The notes beneath the pieces were generated by a model. That model did not search any database. It had not been told where the DNA came from and worked only from the letters and a program-made list of their open reading frames with translations. A program made the translations under genes and the position numbers. Positions 55,398 to 59,924 of a stretch of 59,924 nt of DNA are shown here, in pieces. Every line of letters begins with the position of its first letter. Positions within the stretch are counted from its first letter, which is position 1. The stretch is taken from the IMG/VR virus record IMGVR_UViG_3300035682_000040, positions 1 to 59,924 of that record; one strand, given 5' to 3'. The stretch comes from a virus. Lineage: Duplodnaviria > Caudoviricetes.

Positions 55398-55757
55398 ATG
55401 TTGCGTCCTGGATATTTTTTTAGTCAAACTAATAACGGAGCTATTGGTGGTGATGTTGGTACAGATCAATTACAACCTATATTTAATGAAGCTACTACTG
55501 CTATAGTTAGGAGTACTGCTTTATTTTGCCCATGTTATAGTTTAATTTGCGTTGATTTTGCTCCAGGAACTACAGGTTCTGTTAAAATTATTAACAATCC
55601 TTTTAATGATACTCCTTCTGCAAAGGATAAGGTGTTAGCTACTTTAACTGCAAGTGGTCAATTTGTTATGGTATCTGCAGGTATTGTACTTTTAGATGTT
55701 ACCGCTGTTGTGGGTACTATTTCAGCCAGAGCTGTATTTGAACAAGAATTAGATTAA
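55398..55757 (+). CDS. Putative structural protein (beta-rich)
   Basis: AAGGA RBS; structural operon. Confidence 0.55.
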   Translation: MLRPGYFFSQTNNGAIGGDVGTDQLQPIFNEATTAIVRSTALFCPCYSLICVDFAPGTTGSVKIINNPFNDTPSAKDKVLATLTASGQFVMVSAGIVLLDVTAVVGTISARAVFEQELD

Positions 55758-55759
55758 TT

Positions 55760-56113
55760 ATGTCAGCTTCTACTTTAAATTTACCAGTTATTGAAAAGGG
55801 TGCTACTTATAGGCATACTTTAACTTGGACAGATTCTACTGGAACTGCTATAAATTTAACGGATTGTACTGCTAAATTACAAGTTAGAGCTTCTGCTGCA
55901 TCATCAACTATTATCTTAGAATTAAGTAGTGCTAACACTAGAATTATTATTACACCTTTACTTGGTAAAATTGAACTCTATGTTTCATCTACCGATACTA
56001 TGGCTTTATCTGGTTTAGGTGGTGTTTATGATCTTGAAATTTATTTTGCTAATGGTGATATAACAAGGTTAGTAGAAGGTAAAGTAACTTTTAAACCAGA
56101 GGTTACTAAATAA
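55760..56113 (+). CDS. Fibre attachment protein (BppU-N/LtfC-like beta sandwich)
   Basis: I..GAT.......D..G..INLT..TA..QVR, G.I.L, YDLEI, RL.EG.V...PEVT. Confidence 0.7.
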   Translation: MSASTLNLPVIEKGATYRHTLTWTDSTGTAINLTDCTAKLQVRASAASSTIILELSSANTRIIITPLLGKIELYVSSTDTMALSGLGGVYDLEIYFANGDITRLVEGKVTFKPEVTK

Positions 56114-56547
56114 TGGCTGATTCTATAATCATAACAACGGATACCATTACTAATATTATTAGTGATATTAACACATCAAGTGTTATTGTTTCAGCCACTC
56201 AAGGACCTCCAGGTGTACCTTGGGATTTACAGGAAGGTGGGTTTGATTCCGATAGAGTCGTAATAACATCACTTGGTTCTCAAGTATTAGATTCGTTTCC
56301 TTATACACAATATGGAGCTGCAAAATATATCATTTATGCTACTTTAGGTATAGAAAGACAGATTTGCGAAATTCTTTTAATACAAGATGGAACAATAGTT
56401 CAGACTGTTGAATATGCAAATATGGTTACTGCTTCTTTATTGGGAACATTTTCTGCAAGTATAACTGTAGGATTTATCAATATTATTGTTGAACCTGTGG
56501 TAGTAGGAACAAGTTTCAAAATTATTCGCACGTTAATCAAGGATTAA
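56113..56547 (+). CDS. Fibre-associated structural protein
   Basis: C-domain (DSF....Y.AAKYII...EIL.IQDG....EYA) similar to the C-terminus of 56576..58105. Confidence 0.65.
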   Translation: MADSIIITTDTITNIISDINTSSVIVSATQGPPGVPWDLQEGGFDSDRVVITSLGSQVLDSFPYTQYGAAKYIIYATLGIERQICEILLIQDGTIVQTVEYANMVTASLLGTFSASITVGFINIIVEPVVVGTSFKIIRTLIKD

Positions 56548-56575
56548 TGCTTATCACTTTATTTAGGAAACTATC

Positions 56576-58105
56576 ATGGCTTTAAAAAGATTTATTGGCG
56601 CAAATGGATTAGATGCTAACTCTAAGACCATTATAAATGTTACTGATCCAGTTAATGCACAAGATGCAGCAACCAAAAATTCAGCGAGTAATGCGAGTAA
56701 CTTGAATGCTGGAACTATTCCCGCATCGGTTATGCCAGCGCATACAGGAGATGTTACTGCAAGTGCTGGAAACATAGCTCTGACACTAGCTACCGTAAAC
56801 TCAAATGTAGGTAGTTTTGGTTCATCTACCGCAGTACCAATAGTAACAGTTAATGCTAAGGGCTTAGTTACAGGAGTTACTACTGCAAGTATCTCTGGTG
56901 CTATTACTATTGCTGGTGATGCCGCAGGTACTGGTGTAACTGGAGGTACAACAACTGTAACTCTTGCTACTGTAAACGCAACTGTAGGTAGTTTTGGAAG
57001 TGCTTCTTCTGTACCTGCTATTACAGTCAATGCTAAAGGGTTAGTTACGGCTGTAACTGCCACTACAATCACTCCTTCGGCTATTGGTGCGGTTGCTACT
57101 ACTGCTCTAGGTGCGAATTCTGGTGTTGCTACTCTTGATTCAGGTGGTAAACTTACTACAAGTCAAATACCTTCTTCATTAGTTGGTTCTATTGTTTATC
57201 AAGGTGTATGGAATGCTTCAACAAACACTCCTGCTATTCCTGCTGCGGCTGTTGGTAATAAAGGTTACTACTATAAAGTAAGTGTTGCAGGCACAACTGC
57301 TATTGATGGGTTTTCTGCTTGGACATTAGGCGATTTAATTATATCCGATGGTACAGCTTGGGCAAATGTACAAGGTGGTTCATCAGATGTAGTGTCTGTT
57401 GCTGGTAAAGTTGGTGCAGTTACACTGGCATCTGGTGACATTAGTGGTCTTGTTGCTTCCGCAACTACTGATACAACTAATGCGGCAAACATATCTTCAG
57501 GTACATTACCCGCTGGTAGACTTCCTGCTTTTACAGGTGACGCAACTACTACTGCTGGTGCTAGCGCAATAACACTAGCGGCTTCCGGTGTTACCGCAGG
57601 CACTTATGGTTCAGCTACTCAAGTAGTTCCTTTAACTGTAGATGCCAAAGGTCGTGTTACTACGGCTGGTGTTGCTGTAACGGTTACTCCTGCCTTTAGT
57701 TCTATAACAAGTAAGCCAACCACTGTTGCGGGTTATGGCATTACCGATGCACTTAACACAACTACTAATACCACCATCCCATTAACTTATGGCGATATTG
57801 GTTGTGCAACATTAACCACGGCAGCTACAACAGCTAACCAAGTTATTGATACTAATTCCGCAACTCTTTATAGATCGGTTAAATATGTAGTTCAAGTTAC
57901 CTCAGCTACCGCTTATCAGTCTTGCAATATTAATATTATTCACGATGGTACAACAGCTTATATTAGTGAATTTGGGGATATTGCTACAGGTGCTATTTTG
58001 GCTTCTTTTGATGCTGATGTTTCAGGTGGAAACTTAAGGTTATTGACAACTCCAGTTAATGCCGCCACTACCTATAAAGTTATCAAAACTATGATTGATA
58101 TCTAA
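56576..58105 (+). CDS. Fibre protein (509 aa)
   Basis: DP.NAQDAATK; repeated GSFGS....P.ITV.AKG.VT units; GVATLD..GK; YQG.WNA.TNTP; SVAGK.GAVTL. Confidence 0.85.
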   Translation: MALKRFIGANGLDANSKTIINVTDPVNAQDAATKNSASNASNLNAGTIPASVMPAHTGDVTASAGNIALTLATVNSNVGSFGSSTAVPIVTVNAKGLVTGVTTASISGAITIAGDAAGTGVTGGTTTVTLATVNATVGSFGSASSVPAITVNAKGLVTAVTATTITPSAIGAVATTALGANSGVATLDSGGKLTTSQIPSSLVGSIVYQGVWNASTNTPAIPAAAVGNKGYYYKVSVAGTTAIDGFSAWTLGDLIISDGTAWANVQGGSSDVVSVAGKVGAVTLASGDISGLVASATTDTTNAANISSGTLPAGRLPAFTGDATTTAGASAITLAASGVTAGTYGSATQVVPLTVDAKGRVTTAGVAVTVTPAFSSITSKPTTVAGYGITDALNTTTNTTIPLTYGDIGCATLTTAATTANQVIDTNSATLYRSVKYVVQVTSATAYQSCNINIIHDGTTAYISEFGDIATGAILASFDADVSGGNLRLLTTPVNAATTYKVIKTMIDI

Positions 58106-58112
58106 TAATTAT

Positions 58113-58143
58113 TGAGCTGGTTAATAGCCAGCTCTTTCTTTCT
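58113..58143 (+). terminator. Terminator-like hairpin between the two fibre genes
   Basis: GAGCTGGTT-AAT-AGCCAGCTC-TTTCTTTCT. Confidence 0.6.
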
Positions 58144-58162
58144 GCTATCGGGATAGTGAACA

Positions 58163-59924
58163 ATGGCAACTCAAAAAAGATTTATAGCTAAGAATGGATT
58201 AGATAATAATGGACTATCCATCACAAATGTGGCTGATCCAACCAATGCACAAGATGTAGCTACTAAGGCTTTTGTATTGGCTAGTGCTTCCGCAAGTGGT
58301 GTAAGTTCGGTCAATACCAGAACTGGTGCGGTAACTTTAACTTCTTCTGATGTTGGATTAGGTAGTGCTAATAATACTTCAGATGCAAGTAAGCCCATAT
58401 CGACAGCCACACAAACTGCTTTAGACTTAAAAGCATCATTGGCAAGCCCGACATTAAGTAACCCGACCTACACAGGCACACTCACAGGCTCCACAGGCAT
58501 ACTTAATATTGGCTCAGGTCAAGTCTATAAAGATGGTTCCGGCAAGGTAGGTATCAACGTAGTTCCTGTTGCTGGAACTAACGCAAAATTACAAATAACA
58601 GGGCTTGCAACAAATGCCACAACACTTGCTACAGCATATTCAAATGCGTCTTTGGTTGTAGTTCCAAAATCCACTTCAGGGTATTCACTTGCCATTGCTT
58701 CAGGAACTGGTGATTTACCACAGTTGCAAGTTAGCGCAAATGGCGCAGCTTCTGGGGATTTATTGATCCAACCTTATGGCGGCAACGTGGGGATTGGGAC
58801 TGCTAGTCCTGTAACTTCACTGACTGTACAAGCAGGGTCTGGTACTGGCATTAAAGTATATGACGCATCTGCAGGTGTTGGTGGTACGTGGGCTTGTATT
58901 GAATCTATTGGTAGTAGGGGTGATGGCAACGGGTCATTTGGTGGTAGATTTGGCGCAGGAAGTAGAAGAACTGATGGAACAGCAATAGCAACTGGAAGTG
59001 CTTTAGGAACATATGCTTTTGGTGGTCAATGGGGAACAGGAACTACATATAACCAAACTAACTTTCTTTATACCGCTGCTGTAGTTGGTATTTCAGAGGG
59101 TTCGTTTACTTCCGCAACTGCAATGCCAACTGCTTTGGTTTTTAGAACCGGAAGCACTGGTGCATCATTACAATCTATAAATGTAGACTACGGCACAGAA
59201 CGCATGCGCATCACCTCCGCAGGTGGCGTATCTTTCGGTTCATCAGGTACAGCGTATGGTACATCTGGTCAAGTATTAACATCGGCAGGTAACGCAGCAC
59301 CAACTTGGACAACTCCTACAACAGGTACGGTAACAGGAGTTACGGGTACAGCCCCAGTAGTATCCTCTGGAGGCACAGCTCCTGCAATTAGTATGAGCGC
59401 AGCTTCAAGTGCTGTTAATGGGTATATGACAGGCGTATACGCTACTAAACTGGATGGTATAGCTACTGGAGCAACAGCAAATACAGGCACAGTAACTTCT
59501 GTAGCAACAAGTGGAAATGTAAGTGGGATAACTCTAACTGGGGGTACAATTACAGGAAGTGGAACAATCACACTTGGTGGCGCAATAGGTACCCTTAACC
59601 AAAATACTACTGGTTCATCAGGTTCCTGCACAGGCAACGCTGCTACGGCTACAACTGCTACTTCTGCTACTTACCTTAATTCATCAAATTATATTTCAAG
59701 GGCAGGGAGTAGTGGTAACGCTAACACAGATTTCCAAAACACACCAGCTGGCTCTGTACGACACAATGGAGATGATGCAAATCTTACAAATGGACCTGGA
59801 AATACTTGGTGGTTTTATAATAATTATAGACATTCCAATGGAAGTAATTATTGGGGCACTCAGGTGGCTTGGGGTTGGGAAGATAATGCTAATAGACTAG
59901 CTACTAGAAACGTATCGGGCGGAG
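58163..59924 (+). CDS. Long fibre / receptor-binding protein, 5' part; continues across the circular junction to 1164 (about 932 aa in total)
   Basis: ATG at 58163 (MATQKRFIAKNGLDNNG...), open to the window end. Position 59798 (= base 1) is in frame with the 67..1164 ORF. G/S/T/A-rich, with GNVGIGT and ERMRI fibre motifs. Missed by the ORF track because it is split. Confidence 0.85.
   Translation, partial: MATQKRFIAKNGLDNNGLSITNVADPTNAQDVATKAFVLASASASGVSSVNTRTGAVTLTSSDVGLGSANNTSDASKPISTATQTALDLKASLASPTLSNPTYTGTLTGSTGILNIGSGQVYKDGSGKVGINVVPVAGTNAKLQITGLATNATTLATAYSNASLVVVPKSTSGYSLAIASGTGDLPQLQVSANGAASGDLLIQPYGGNVGIGTASPVTSLTVQAGSGTGIKVYDASAGVGGTWACIESIGSRGDGNGSFGGRFGAGSRRTDGTAIATGSALGTYAFGGQWGTGTTYNQTNFLYTAAVVGISEGSFTSATAMPTALVFRTGSTGASLQSINVDYGTERMRITSAGGVSFGSSGTAYGTSGQVLTSAGNAAPTWTTPTTGTVTGVTGTAPVVSSGGTAPAISMSAASSAVNGYMTGVYATKLDGIATGATANTGTVTSVATSGNVSGITLTGGTITGSGTITLGGAIGTLNQNTTGSSGSCTGNAATATTATSATYLNSSNYISRAGSSGNANTDFQNTPAGSVRHNGDDANLTNGPGNTWWFYNNYRHSNGSNYWGTQVAWGWEDNANRLATRNVSGG

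Noticed and set aside
56563-59637. Minus-strand ORFs opposite the fibre genes (and similar shadow ORFs such as 636..938, 2034..2330, 8331..8588, 52445..52675)
   Set aside because: Antisense shadows of biased-codon structural genes, with no RBS or independent motifs.
59798-59924. 127-bp terminal direct repeat as a biological genome end
   Set aside because: It falls mid-gene in an intact reading frame and its length matches a standard assembly k-mer, so it shows circularity only.

Overview
Apparently complete, circularly assembled genome of an AT-rich tailed dsDNA phage (siphovirus-type tail). Unique length is 59,797 bp; bases 1-127 repeat 59798-59924 as an assembly overlap. The plus arm (47096 through the junction to 18991) carries dcd, lysis, terminase, portal, scaffold, major capsid, a fibre cluster, neck, tail tube, frameshifted chaperone, tape measure and a lambda-like M-L-K-I-J tail tip. 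The minus arm (46577 down to 19031) carries many small early genes, primase-helicase, ligase, Sak4/SSB/exonuclease, helicase, a 7-deazaguanine DNA-modification cluster (queE, queC, membrane hydrolase, queF-like, queD, PRTase-folE, dpdA), a clamp-like protein, family B polymerase, resolvase and thyX. This gene order resembles 9g/Seurat-type (Queuovirinae-like) phages. I found no integrase. The most striking signal is non-coding. At 46634-46857 there is a complete host-type nitrogen-responsive promoter: a sigma54 -24/-12 box, three NtrC-consensus sites and three IHF-consensus sites. It faces a putative DNA-binding protein gene, and a 12-bp box (TAACRCTTGYAA) recurs over most sigma70-type promoters of the early/replication arm. 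Together these suggest a phage regulatory circuit wired to host nitrogen status. All protein calls come from motif recognition by eye, not database searches.
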